Assembly: GCA_028712705.1 (NCBI GenBank)
Contig: JAQTPP010000001.1
Span: forward strand, 81,521 to 145,520
DNA from: Candidatus Daviesbacteria bacterium
Lineage (GTDB): Bacteria > Patescibacteriota > Microgenomatia > Daviesbacterales > UBA10151
Direction of reading: 5' to 3'
Length of the DNA: 64,000 bases
Below the pieces are notes generated by a model. The model did no database searches. It was not told the DNA's origin and saw only the letters and a list, made by a program, of their open reading frames with translations. A program made the position numbers and the translations under genes. Below, piece by piece: positions 9,467-17,910 of this stretch (position 1 is the stretch's first letter; each line of letters begins with the position of its first letter).

Positions 9467-9475
9467 TGGTATAAT
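9467..9475 (+). promoter_or_regulatory. Extended -10 promoter element TGGTATAAT
   Basis: TGnTATAAT consensus in an intergenic region. It would initiate the candidate ncRNA at about 9483. Confidence 0.4.
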
Positions 9476-9482
9476 TTCCAAG

Positions 9483-9690
9483 GTAAGTATTGCGGGATCT
9501 GCTAATGGTAGGCAGCCAGGCTCTGAACCTGGTAATCATGGTCCGAGTCCATGTCCCGCAGCAAAAGCTCGGTTCACTGTGCTCTTCCGCAGCCCAAAGA
9601 GTGAAGGAGGAAATCCTAGTCTTGCACGGCTGCACACTTTAGGTATCTGTACCCAATATAACTTTAGACTGATGCAAAATTGATGCTTCT
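9483..9690 (+). ncRNA. Candidate structured non-coding RNA or 5' leader (unclassified)
   Basis: About 200 nt of intergenic sequence with no ORF and a higher GC than its surroundings. It contains multiple hairpins (tgcgggat...gtcccgca enclosing ccaggctctgaacctgg and catggtccgagtccatg). It matches no tmRNA, RNase P, SRP or 6S core motif I could recognise. Confidence 0.3.
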
Positions 9691-9706
9691 GATATAATCC
9701 CTAATT

Positions 9707-10339
9707 GTGATTACGGAGTTTAACAGAGGATCTCAGCCCGTTAGTCCTGAGCATCAAAAGTCTGTAGAAAGACTAATTTCCTTTTCCAAGGTTGCTAATG
9801 AAGGATGTTTTGATGAGTATGGTATGTTCGGGTTAGTACCAACTAACCGACCTACAACTTTAGAAAACCGTAGAAAATACTGGGCTTTAGATCTTTTAGG
9901 ATTTAGTCCTGCCGAGGATAGACTCTGGGTTAGGGAAGGCGATTTAATGATTGTATTTGGGGGAAGAGTCGATAGAATTCCTCATGCTTTAGCTGCAGGG
10001 AATGCAAGAGAGGTTAACCCGTATAGGTGCTTTAAGACTGTTGTACTTGAATCAGGATGGTTGTTTAGTATACATGCAGCCCTGAGGCAGCGTTTGCATG
10101 CTGGTTTAAGAGATGAAGATTTAGAAAAAATTTTGATGGGAGCAGAAGTAGGAAAGGAACCTCCGTTTTTTGATGACCATATCTATACCAAAGTTGAATC
10201 AGGACACGAAGGGAAAAGAGTGCAAGTTCTACCTTTTCATCCACAAAATGATGCAGTTGTTATAGATATGGAGACCAGGAAATTAATCCCAGTCCATAAT
10301 GCTGCCATATTGTCAGAGGCCAGATGGCCAAAACAATAA
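9707..10339 (+). CDS. Hypothetical protein (210 aa), GTG start
   Basis: Long ORF with a TATAAT at 9683-9688 closely upstream (near-leaderless). No recognisable domain. Confidence 0.5.
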   Translation: MITEFNRGSQPVSPEHQKSVERLISFSKVANEGCFDEYGMFGLVPTNRPTTLENRRKYWALDLLGFSPAEDRLWVREGDLMIVFGGRVDRIPHALAAGNAREVNPYRCFKTVVLESGWLFSIHAALRQRLHAGLRDEDLEKILMGAEVGKEPPFFDDHIYTKVESGHEGKRVQVLPFHPQNDAVVIDMETRKLIPVHNAAILSEARWPKQ

Positions 10340-10433
10340 CTACAAATTATTTATAAACTACAGTTTTGACCTTGATGCAAGATTATCGTTATAAGGACTA
10401 AGAAGTCTCTAAACTGGCCTGCTCAGCTGAAAT

Positions 10434-10655
10434 TTAGCCTCGATTGAAAAAGAAATTTTCTAATTTTTCAAGTTCTTTCATTGGTTTGTAATCAAAAGAC
10501 GATTGCCATTGATTATCTTTGGCTTCAAGAATAATAAGATGTTTAGAAGTTTTGTTTAGTAAGCATTTGGGTGGTAAATAATGGTGATGCCAATCAATTC
10601 CTTCTTTTGTTAAATTTTCTGCCCTTTCAAGTAACTCGTTATAACCAACATTCAT
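10434..10655 (-). CDS. Hypothetical small protein (73 aa)
   Basis: ORF only, convergent with the upstream gene. Confidence 0.3.
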   Translation of the reverse strand: MNVGYNELLERAENLTKEGIDWHHHYLPPKCLLNKTSKHLIILEAKDNQWQSSFDYKPMKELEKLENFFFNRG

Positions 10656-10739
10656 ATTCTTTAGAATTATATACCATAAAAATAATTTCCCACATAATCA
10701 ACCAGAGCTAGCTTTTTTAGCTTCTGGTATACTCTCATT

Positions 10740-11441
10740 ATGAGTAATAATAAAAAGATTGGGATAATCGGCGGAGTTGGGCCTCAGTCAACTGATTTTA
10801 TTTACGAGAGGATAATCCAGTTTTCTCAATCCAAGTATGGTGCTAAAGATAATGCTGATTATCCAAGACTGGTAATTGAGTCAGTTCCTGTACCAGATTT
10901 TATTTCAAATAAAGATCATATAGAGGTGGCTAAAGAAATGTTAATTGACGCTGCAAAATCCTTATCTAGCGCAGGAGCAACAAGGCTTTGCATTGGAAGT
11001 AATACGGTTCATATATTATTGGAAGAGTTAAGGATACAGACAGAAGTTCCTTTTATATCTATGATTGAGCTTGTTGCTAACAAATGTATAAACAGCGGTT
11101 TTAAGAAAGTGGGTATTCTTGGGACTCCTGTCCTAATGCAATCAAATCTGTATACTAAGCAACTGCAGAAAAATGACATTGAAGTTATTGCTCCGTCAGA
11201 AGAACAACTAAAAATAGTTGAAGAAATCATAAGACACATTCTTGCTGGATCTAAAAGTGAGGATCAGAAAAAAGCATACATTGATGTTCTTAATGATCTA
11301 TTTAGCAAAGGCGCAGAGGCAATAATATTAGGATGTACTGAGCTGCCTCTTGCCGTAAATTATGAAGCATTAGGCAACAGAACAATTAACTCAGATGAAG
11401 TCTTAGCTGAAGGTATAGTAGATTACTACTATTCTGGATGA
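10740..11441 (+). CDS. Aspartate/glutamate racemase family protein
   Basis: KIGIIGGVGPQST N-terminal motif and the second catalytic cysteine motif ILGCTELPL. Confidence 0.75.
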   Translation: MSNNKKIGIIGGVGPQSTDFIYERIIQFSQSKYGAKDNADYPRLVIESVPVPDFISNKDHIEVAKEMLIDAAKSLSSAGATRLCIGSNTVHILLEELRIQTEVPFISMIELVANKCINSGFKKVGILGTPVLMQSNLYTKQLQKNDIEVIAPSEEQLKIVEEIIRHILAGSKSEDQKKAYIDVLNDLFSKGAEAIILGCTELPLAVNYEALGNRTINSDEVLAEGIVDYYYSG

Positions 11442-11544
11442 TTTAAGTGATAAGTTTCTACATATTCAATCAGCACTAGTAGCATTTTGGTCTTAAAAAT
11501 AGGATCTTTTTAATGCTTTATGACAGTAGTATAATTAACCCGCT

Positions 11545-11787
11545 ATGAAAGTAAAAAAGTTAGATTATTTAATTAAATTAACCTACGATAAGGTTTATAA
11601 AGGCTATGTGGCTGATGTAGTTAATTTATATGGTTGTATGTCTCAAGGTAGAACTAAAGAAGAAGCTTTAGCCAATATAGAAAAAGCAATTAAAGCCTAT
11701 ATGAAAGTAATGAATCTAAAAAGAGATAAAAACTCTGAGTTTAGAGAAAAATCAGTTGATACCCCATATCCTGTACTAAATGCCTAA
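11545..11787 (+). CDS. hicB: HicB-family antitoxin (UPF0150 / RNase H-like fold)
   Basis: YKGYVADVVNLYGCMSQGRTKEEALANIEKAIKAYM matches the HicB N-terminal domain. Overlaps the downstream hicA by 8 nt. Confidence 0.7.
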   Translation: MKVKKLDYLIKLTYDKVYKGYVADVVNLYGCMSQGRTKEEALANIEKAIKAYMKVMNLKRDKNSEFREKSVDTPYPVLNA

Positions 11788-12001
11788 GTTAACAAATATT
11801 TCAGGGAAAGAGGCTGTTAAAGCTTTTACAAAGTTTGGATATGCACATGTTCATACATCAGGAGATCATGCTATTCTGCAAAAAATCGGATCACCAACGC
11901 TTTCGATACCATTACATAAAGAAGTAGCACCCTTTTTGCTAAAAGCTCAAGCAAAAAGAGCAAGCATTCCTCTAGAAGATTACATTAAGGCTTTGAAATG
12001 A
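11780..12001 (+). CDS. hicA: HicA-family mRNA interferase toxin (YcfA-like)
   Basis: SGKEAVKAFTKFGYAHVHTSGDHAILQK matches the HicA dsRBD-like fold, including the GSH-type catalytic segment. Confidence 0.7.
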   Translation: MPKLTNISGKEAVKAFTKFGYAHVHTSGDHAILQKIGSPTLSIPLHKEVAPFLLKAQAKRASIPLEDYIKALK

Positions 12002-12579
12002 AAAGTTCCAACATAAAAGCAATTTTTATTCCAGGTTACCATGGTGCAGGTGAGGACATTTTATCTGCTAAGCATCAAATGTGGTTTGCCTGGTTGAAAG
12101 AGGAGTTGGAGAAGCTAGGGATAGAGGTAATTGCTAAGGATTATCCTGATGCTTATCTTTGCAGGGCAAATTATTGGCTGCCTTTTATTAAGAAACTTGG
12201 AGCTGATGAGAACACTATTTTAGTTGGTCACTCAACAGGTGCAATTGCAGCTATGAGGTTTGCTGAAGAAAATAAAATTTTAGGGTCAGTTTTGGTTGGA
12301 AGTTATTATACTGATTTAGGTGATTCGGAAGAGAAAGCAAGCGGTTATTTTGACAATCCATGGCAATGGGAAAAGATAAAAAACAATCAAAAATGGATAA
12401 TCCAATTTCACTCAACAGATGATCCCTGGATTTCAAATGATGAAGCACACGTGGTTCATGAAATGCTTACCAGCGAACTCCATGAGTTCCATAACCAAGG
12501 ACATTTTGGAGCCGATAGACCAAAAATGGAATTCCCCGAGCTTTTAGAAGCTATTAAACAAAAATTAAATATAATTTAG
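11998..12579 (+). CDS. Alpha/beta hydrolase, YdeN/RBBP9-like serine hydrolase
   Basis: G-H-S-T-G nucleophile elbow (VGHSTGA). About 190 aa, typical of the Ser_hydrolase/DUF1234 family. Confidence 0.55.
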   Translation: MKSSNIKAIFIPGYHGAGEDILSAKHQMWFAWLKEELEKLGIEVIAKDYPDAYLCRANYWLPFIKKLGADENTILVGHSTGAIAAMRFAEENKILGSVLVGSYYTDLGDSEEKASGYFDNPWQWEKIKNNQKWIIQFHSTDDPWISNDEAHVVHEMLTSELHEFHNQGHFGADRPKMEFPELLEAIKQKLNII

Positions 12580-12595
12580 GTATTCTAATGTAAGC

Positions 12596-12850
12596 ATGTA
12601 TACGGTTTATATCCTAAGAACATCTTTAAATACTTTATACATCGGTCAAACAAACAATCTAGAAAAAAGATTAAAAGAACATCAAAAGAAAAGCTCCAAA
12701 TCAGCTAAATATATTCGCTACTTTAAATCTTCGCAGCTGGTTTATTCGGAAAAGTATGGGACTAGAATTGAAGCCATGAGTAGAGAATACGAGTTGAAAC
12801 AGTGGCCAAAAGCTAAAAAAGAAGCTTTAATTGCAGGGGAGATGAGATAA
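12596..12850 (+). CDS. GIY-YIG nuclease domain protein (UPF0213/YhbQ-like)
   Basis: YTVYILRTSLNTLYIGQTNNLEKRLKEH is a canonical GIY-YIG signature. Confidence 0.7.
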   Translation: MYTVYILRTSLNTLYIGQTNNLEKRLKEHQKKSSKSAKYIRYFKSSQLVYSEKYGTRIEAMSREYELKQWPKAKKEALIAGEMR

Positions 12851-12871
12851 TATTGTAAATGAGGTATTAAT

Positions 12872-13765
12872 ATGAATGGGTATCATGGAGTTTCAACTAA
12901 TATCAAAGCTTTAAGAATTAGCGCTTTATTAATTCTGATTTATTTTGTATTTGAAATTGCCATTGCTTTATCTACTGGTTCATTATCTTTACTTGCAGAT
13001 GCCGGACATGAACTTTCTACTTTTGTGGCAATTGCAATTTCTTTACTTGCCATGCAACTTGCTACCCAAAAACCTACTCCCAAAAAAACCTTCGGTCTTT
13101 TAAGGATAGAAATTCTGGCTGCATTATTTAATGGTTTACTTCTTTTGGGGATGGCCGGATTTATCATTATTCGAGGAATAGACAGATTACAAAATCCAAT
13201 GGAGGTATCATCTTTGCCAATGTTTATTATGGCTTTTGGCGGCATTGGTCTTGAAATAGCCTCACTTTGGATTATGTATAAAGGTCAAAAAGAAAGCTTG
13301 AATATAAGAGGTTCTTTTTGGCATGTAATGAATGCTTTTTTGGGGAGCGTGGCAGTGATCATTGCTGCAGCCTTTATTCAGTTTGGGCAAATCTATGTAG
13401 CTGATGCCTGGGCAGGTATACTTTTTGCCTTTATTCTTATTTGGGCGTCTTTTGGAATAATTAAAGACTCATTTTTCATATTGATTGATGTTGCACCCAA
13501 AGAAGTTAATCTTATTTCTATAGAAAAGGAACTTTCAAAAATCCCCGGGGTAAAAAAGGTTCATCATTTTCATGCCAGAACCTTAGTGGGTTCCATAAAG
13601 ACTTTTAGCGGACATCTGGTTGTTAAAGATATGAATCAAGCTGGAGGTATTCTTAAAAAAGCCAAACAGATCCTTGATAAAAAACATGGCTTTTCTCTAT
13701 CAACCGTTCAAATAGAGGATGAAAATCTTTCAGAGGCAGACATCAAACAGTTAGAATATAAATAA
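12872..13765 (+). CDS. Cation diffusion facilitator (CDF) family metal efflux transporter
   Basis: Six predicted TM helices plus a C-terminal cytoplasmic domain. LLADAGHELS metal-binding TM2 motif. Confidence 0.75.
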   Translation: MNGYHGVSTNIKALRISALLILIYFVFEIAIALSTGSLSLLADAGHELSTFVAIAISLLAMQLATQKPTPKKTFGLLRIEILAALFNGLLLLGMAGFIIIRGIDRLQNPMEVSSLPMFIMAFGGIGLEIASLWIMYKGQKESLNIRGSFWHVMNAFLGSVAVIIAAAFIQFGQIYVADAWAGILFAFILIWASFGIIKDSFFILIDVAPKEVNLISIEKELSKIPGVKKVHHFHARTLVGSIKTFSGHLVVKDMNQAGGILKKAKQILDKKHGFSLSTVQIEDENLSEADIKQLEYK

Positions 13766-13902
13766 GTGTTACAAGTCATACGGATATTCAATCTCAGGAT
13801 TGGGAATACTTATCGGCACTTTTTATGGATTTGTTGAAGGTTTTGTGTGGCTTGGAGTATTTGCCTGGTTGTATAATAAGTTATTAAAGAAGTAATCTTT
13901 AA

Positions 13903-14757
13903 ATGAATAAAAAACAATCTGTTGCACTAAGTTCTGTTTTTGCAAGCATAGCCCTAACCGTGCTTAAGCTTGTTGTCGGGTTGACAACAGGCAGTATGGG
14001 AATTTTATCCGAAGCAGCCCATTCTTTTTTGGATTTTGGAGCAGCGCTGTTGACCTTTTTTGCGGTAAGAGTTGGAGATAAAGAAGCTGATGAGAGTCAC
14101 CATTTTGGTCATGAAAAGGTAGAAAGCGTTTCCGCTTTAATCGAAACAGGCCTGCTTTTTCTAACAAGCGCCTGGATTATTTATGAAGCAGTAAAAAGGT
14201 TAAGTACCGGCAAGGTAGAAATAGAAGTAACCTGGTATGCTTTTGCGGTAATGATATTTTCTATAATTATAGATTACTCCCGTTCACGGGCACTCAAAAA
14301 AGTAGCAAAGGAAACAAAAAGCCAGGCTCTGGAAGCAGATGCACTTCATTTTAGTTCGGATATTTTAAGTTCTTTGACAGTAATAGCAGGTTTGATCTTT
14401 GTTTCCCTCGGAATTGCTAAAGCTGATGCTATTGCAGCAATTGGTGTTTCACTATTTGTATTGCGCGTCGGATATAGTTTAGGAAAAAGAACAATAGATA
14501 TATTAGTTGACAGCGTGCCTTCCGGTTTGACGGAAAGAATTATTGATCTTGCTCAACAAGTGGAAGGTGTTATTGCTATTAAGCGGATACGCGTTAGGCC
14601 GGCAGGCATTACTATCTTTATTGATATAACAATTACTGTAAGCACTAAATTGTCAATAACCAAAGCGCATACTATTTCTGACAAAATTGAAAATAAAATC
14701 AAAAATTCGATTCCAGAGGCAGATATAACAATACATCTGGAACCGCATAGGTTCTGA
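13903..14757 (+). CDS. Cation diffusion facilitator (CDF) family transporter (second, tandem copy)
   Basis: SEAAHSFLDFG and HHFGHEKVESVSALIE motifs of FieF/CzcD-type CDF proteins. Confidence 0.75.
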   Translation: MNKKQSVALSSVFASIALTVLKLVVGLTTGSMGILSEAAHSFLDFGAALLTFFAVRVGDKEADESHHFGHEKVESVSALIETGLLFLTSAWIIYEAVKRLSTGKVEIEVTWYAFAVMIFSIIIDYSRSRALKKVAKETKSQALEADALHFSSDILSSLTVIAGLIFVSLGIAKADAIAAIGVSLFVLRVGYSLGKRTIDILVDSVPSGLTERIIDLAQQVEGVIAIKRIRVRPAGITIFIDITITVSTKLSITKAHTISDKIENKIKNSIPEADITIHLEPHRF

Positions 14758-14763
14758 AATGCT

Positions 14764-15837
14764 TCATTCAGGATAACCGGTTATTAATAGGTTGTCGTCA
14801 AATTTTTTTAGAGTGACGTTTTTTAAACGGACGGCTTTTTTTACAGTTTCTACTCCTTTTCCTCCAATACAAATAGCTTTCCTCCCGCCGATGATAACAG
14901 GTGCATGGAATGTGTATACTTTATCAATTATTTTTGCATCAATAAAATTTCCCAAAGTCTCTCCGCCGCCTTCAACCAGGATGCTGATGATTTCTTTTTC
15001 TCGCAGTACAGATAATAGTTTTGGTATTGTAATGTGCTCTTCATTAAAGGTAAGAATTGTGAAACCTTTACTTTCCAACTTTTTTCTTTTTTGTTTATCT
15101 CCTTTTGCGGTGGTGACAATTATGACATTTGTGTCACGGAGGACGTCTGCATTCAGGGGGATTTGTAGTTTAGGATCAAGAATTATGCGTATCGGGTCTT
15201 TTTTGCCTTTTAATTTGGCTCCAAGGTTAGGGTTATCGGCAAGGACAGTATTAATACCGATAACCAATCCTTGATATCCGGCTCGCAGTCCCCGGGCAAA
15301 ACGTCTTGTCTTTTCATTGGTGATCCATTTCGAATCGCCGGCCCTGGTTGCCATTTTTCCATCTAAGGAAGTAGCAAATTTTATGGCAACAAAAGGGCGT
15401 TTTTTTTCATGAAAAGTAAAAAATGCTTCATTTAATTTCCTAACATCCTGTTCCAGCCTCCCAACAGAAGTTTCTATACCCGCTTTTTTTAATTTAGCAA
15501 TACCTTTTCCATGGATTTTTTGGTTGGGATCCAAACTGGCGCACACAACTTTTTCGATTCCGCTTTTAATGATAGTGTCTGTACACGGAGGAGTCCTGCC
15601 AAAAATCGCGCAAGGCTCCAGGCTGACATACATTGTGGCACCTTTGGGGTTTTCTGTTGCCGCATTTAACGCTTCAACTTCTGCATGGGCAAGTCCGACT
15701 TTACGGTGAAAGCCTTGTCCAATGACACGTCCATTTTTAACTATGATGGCTCCAACCATTGGGTTAGGATTGGTCCAACCCAAACCTTTTTTAGCTAATT
15801 CAAGCGTTTCCTTGAGGAATTTAATATCGTTATTCAT
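14764..15837 (-). CDS. ribD: Bifunctional riboflavin biosynthesis protein RibD (deaminase plus reductase)
   Basis: CMP/dCMP deaminase zinc motifs (HAEVEAL ... PCAIFGRTPPC) followed by a RibD C-terminal reductase domain. Confidence 0.85.
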   Translation of the reverse strand: MNNDIKFLKETLELAKKGLGWTNPNPMVGAIIVKNGRVIGQGFHRKVGLAHAEVEALNAATENPKGATMYVSLEPCAIFGRTPPCTDTIIKSGIEKVVCASLDPNQKIHGKGIAKLKKAGIETSVGRLEQDVRKLNEAFFTFHEKKRPFVAIKFATSLDGKMATRAGDSKWITNEKTRRFARGLRAGYQGLVIGINTVLADNPNLGAKLKGKKDPIRIILDPKLQIPLNADVLRDTNVIIVTTAKGDKQKRKKLESKGFTILTFNEEHITIPKLLSVLREKEIISILVEGGGETLGNFIDAKIIDKVYTFHAPVIIGGRKAICIGGKGVETVKKAVRLKNVTLKKFDDNLLITGYPE

Positions 15838-15845
15838 ATTGTTTC

Positions 15846-15927
15846 TGTCATTCTGAGTGATTAGCGAAGAATCTAATTATTTAATCTTTAGATCCTTCGG
15901 TCGTTACACTCCCTCAGGATGACAATG
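15846..15927. repeat. Nested-palindrome MITE-like element (GTCATTCTGAGTG...CACTCCCTCAGGATGAC) between ribD and ribA
   Basis: Outer inverted repeat gtcattctgagtg / cactccctcaggatgac. Inner inverted repeat cgaagaatctaa / ttagatccttcg. Related copies at 2521, 25871 and 38006. Confidence 0.75.
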
Positions 15928-15933
15928 ATGTTG

Positions 15934-16542
15934 TTAAACTAGTTTCAGTTTGTGACCGAGTTTATATTTTTTGGTGCGTAGATAGCCAGCATCTATTGGA
16001 TTAGGAGGAATTTCCAGCGGAATAATTTCTTTAATAGTTATCCCGAAATTTTCGATCTGGCTGATCTTATCGGGGTTGTTGGTTAGAAGATTAATCTTAC
16101 AGATATTAAGGTCTTGTAAAATTTGCGCAGCTACCTCATATGTGCGGGGATCTGCGGCAAATCCCAACTGTTCATTTGCCTGTACTGTGTCAAAACCTCG
16201 CTCCTGCAGGGCATAAGCCTTAATTTTACTCCCAAGTCCAATGCTTCTTCCTTCCTGATTTAAATAAATCAAGATGCCGTTTTTGGCTTTACCTATTTTT
16301 TTTAAACTTTCTTCCAATTGATCCCGGCAATCACACCGCAGGGAGGTAAAAACTTCGCCGGTTAGACATTGTGAGTGAATTCTGACTAAAGCCGGCTCTT
16401 TAATTTTTTTGCCAGCGAGTAATACAACATGTTCCAAACCGTCCTCAAGCGATTTGTAGATTCTTATTTGGAAGCTGCCATAAGCAGTAGGCAAGTGAGC
16501 AGAAGCTATTTTTATAATGGTTTGCGTATTGTTCATAATCAT
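15934..16542 (-). CDS. ribA: GTP cyclohydrolase II (no fused DHBP synthase domain)
   Basis: RIHSQCLTGEVFTSLRCDCRDQL zinc/catalytic motif. About 200 aa, the GCHII domain only. Confidence 0.8.
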   Translation of the reverse strand: MIMNNTQTIIKIASAHLPTAYGSFQIRIYKSLEDGLEHVVLLAGKKIKEPALVRIHSQCLTGEVFTSLRCDCRDQLEESLKKIGKAKNGILIYLNQEGRSIGLGSKIKAYALQERGFDTVQANEQLGFAADPRTYEVAAQILQDLNICKINLLTNNPDKISQIENFGITIKEIIPLEIPPNPIDAGYLRTKKYKLGHKLKLV

Positions 16543-17015
16543 AATTTTGTTAGCGTATTAATAGTTTCTAGTAAAGATTTCGCTGCTTCGATCCCCTTAT
16601 TATATTTTCCTGCACTTCTTTTTTTGGCCTGTGCCAAGTTGTAGGTGGTGAGAATTTCAAAGATTATGGGAATATCAAACTCCAGGGCAATCTTCATGAG
16701 GGCTTTGGCAGACTGGTTAGCCAGGACTTCAAAATGGTAAGTTTCCCCTTTGATAATGATTCCAAAGGTAGCTATTCCGTCATATATATTTTTGGCGGCA
16801 AGCCGCTTGGTTACAAGTGGAATTTCCCAGGAACCAGGTACTTCAAATGTAGTGATATTGCTCATTTTGACACCGCTTTTGATCAGCTGGTTTCTGCAGG
16901 CATCTTCTAAGCTTTTAGTTAAATCCTGATGGTAATTAGCTCTGACAATGGCAATTTTTAAGTTTTGATTATTTTTGCTATATTTAATTGGATTTTTGGA
17001 TAAATCTTTAATCAT
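16539..17015 (-). CDS. ribH: 6,7-dimethyl-8-ribityllumazine synthase
   Basis: KIAIVRANYHQDLT...FEVPGSWEIP...GIIIKGETYHFE matches the lumazine synthase fold motifs. Confidence 0.85.
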   Translation of the reverse strand: MIKDLSKNPIKYSKNNQNLKIAIVRANYHQDLTKSLEDACRNQLIKSGVKMSNITTFEVPGSWEIPLVTKRLAAKNIYDGIATFGIIIKGETYHFEVLANQSAKALMKIALEFDIPIIFEILTTYNLAQAKKRSAGKYNKGIEAAKSLLETINTLTKL

Positions 17016-17611
17016 TTTAGCCTCTCCACATACTTTGCCAGAATATCAACTTCTATATTGACCACATCGTTTTTATGGAGATTGGAGAGCATGGTGTTTG
17101 TCCAGGTATAGGGAATTATTCCAACGGTAAAGTAATTTTTACTTGCCTCAATGATAGTTAAAGAGATTCCATTAACAGCCACTGAGCCTTTCCTGACCAT
17201 GTATTTGGAAAGTTTGCGGGGAACAGAGAATTTTAAGATATGACTGATTCCCTGCTTGGTGATATTAGTCAGTTTGGCTACTGCGTCTACATGACCCTGG
17301 ACAATATGGCCTGATATAAATCCCGCCGGAGTTAGAGGTAATTCCAGATTGACCAGGTCGTCTGTTTTAAGATTTTCTAGCATTGTTTTATTTAATGTTT
17401 CGGGCATAATTTCAACTGAAAACATGCGGGGAGTTTTTTTTGAAACGGTCAGGCAAACTCCATTTATGGCAATACTTATGCCACTTCTAATTTTTTTACA
17501 AAAGTTAAGATCGGCAGTAAATATAAAAACCGGTCCGTCTTTTTTATTAAGTTTTCCTAAATGTGTAATAATTCCTGTAAACACGCACAAAGTATACCAT
17601 GTCTCCCACAA
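17012..17611 (-). CDS. ribE: Riboflavin synthase alpha chain (track start is TTG at 17611; a GTG at 17584 giving (M)FTGIITH is more likely)
   Basis: FTGIITHLGK N-terminal signature and two lumazine-binding repeats. Confidence 0.8.
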   Translation of the reverse strand: MWETWYTLCVFTGIITHLGKLNKKDGPVFIFTADLNFCKKIRSGISIAINGVCLTVSKKTPRMFSVEIMPETLNKTMLENLKTDDLVNLELPLTPAGFISGHIVQGHVDAVAKLTNITKQGISHILKFSVPRKLSKYMVRKGSVAVNGISLTIIEASKNYFTVGIIPYTWTNTMLSNLHKNDVVNIEVDILAKYVERLK

Positions 17612-17640
17612 AAAAACTCGCGCAAAGCGAGTTTTCTTGA
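17605..17640 (-). terminator. Hairpin (ACTCGC-GCAAA-GCGAGT) plus a U7 run immediately upstream of ribE; candidate attenuator/terminator of a regulatory leader
   Basis: On the minus strand the 6-bp stem is followed by TTTTTTT and then gtgggagacATG. Confidence 0.45.
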
Positions 17641-17751
17641 AAAGCTATCTTTCGATAACTTTTAATCTTATATCAAATGGTTTAAGTTTGGTCAAGTAGT
17701 ACAAAATAGATCAAAACTTTTTTGTGTACTTTTGTAACCAAAAGTACCAAA

Positions 17752-17900
17752 AGTTTCTTTGACGGGAAGTCGCGCTAAATCTTCACTGTCGCTAATCGGG
17801 GGCTCACCCCCTCACGAATTCACTAATCGTTCAGTTCGTGGTTCCCCCTGATAGCTCCAGTTCAGATTTTTAACGCGCTTTGTTCCAAGTCAAAGAGAGA
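17752..17900 (-). promoter_or_regulatory. Candidate structured rib-operon leader/aptamer (possibly a divergent FMN riboswitch)
   Basis: About 149 nt closed by a perfect 8-bp helix (ucuuugac...gucaaaga). It contains GACAGUGAAG near the 3' side, as in the FMN element, and GGGGGUGAGCCCCC hairpins, but lacks a clear GGGCAGGGUGAAAUUCCC core. Confidence 0.25.
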
Positions 17901-17910
17901 AAAATGGAAT

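Noticed and set aside
9483-9690. tmRNA, RNase P RNA, SRP RNA or 6S RNA identity for the structured spacer
   Set aside because: No tag-peptide reading frame ending in an ALAA-type motif, no RNase P P4 (AGGAAAGUCCGGGCUCC) and no SRP domain IV GGAA/AGCAGC motif could be found. It is kept only as an unclassified ncRNA candidate.
13766-13902. Small TM-like peptide (ISGLGILIGTFYGFVEGFVWLGVFAWLYNKLLKK) between the two CDF genes
   Set aside because: No in-frame start codon with a plausible RBS was found. It is likely a gene remnant or chance hydrophobic frame.
14792-15274. 160-aa plus-strand ORF
   Set aside because: It lies entirely antisense within ribD, which has strong deaminase/reductase motifs. 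It is an antisense ORF with no recognisable motif, so it is not called.
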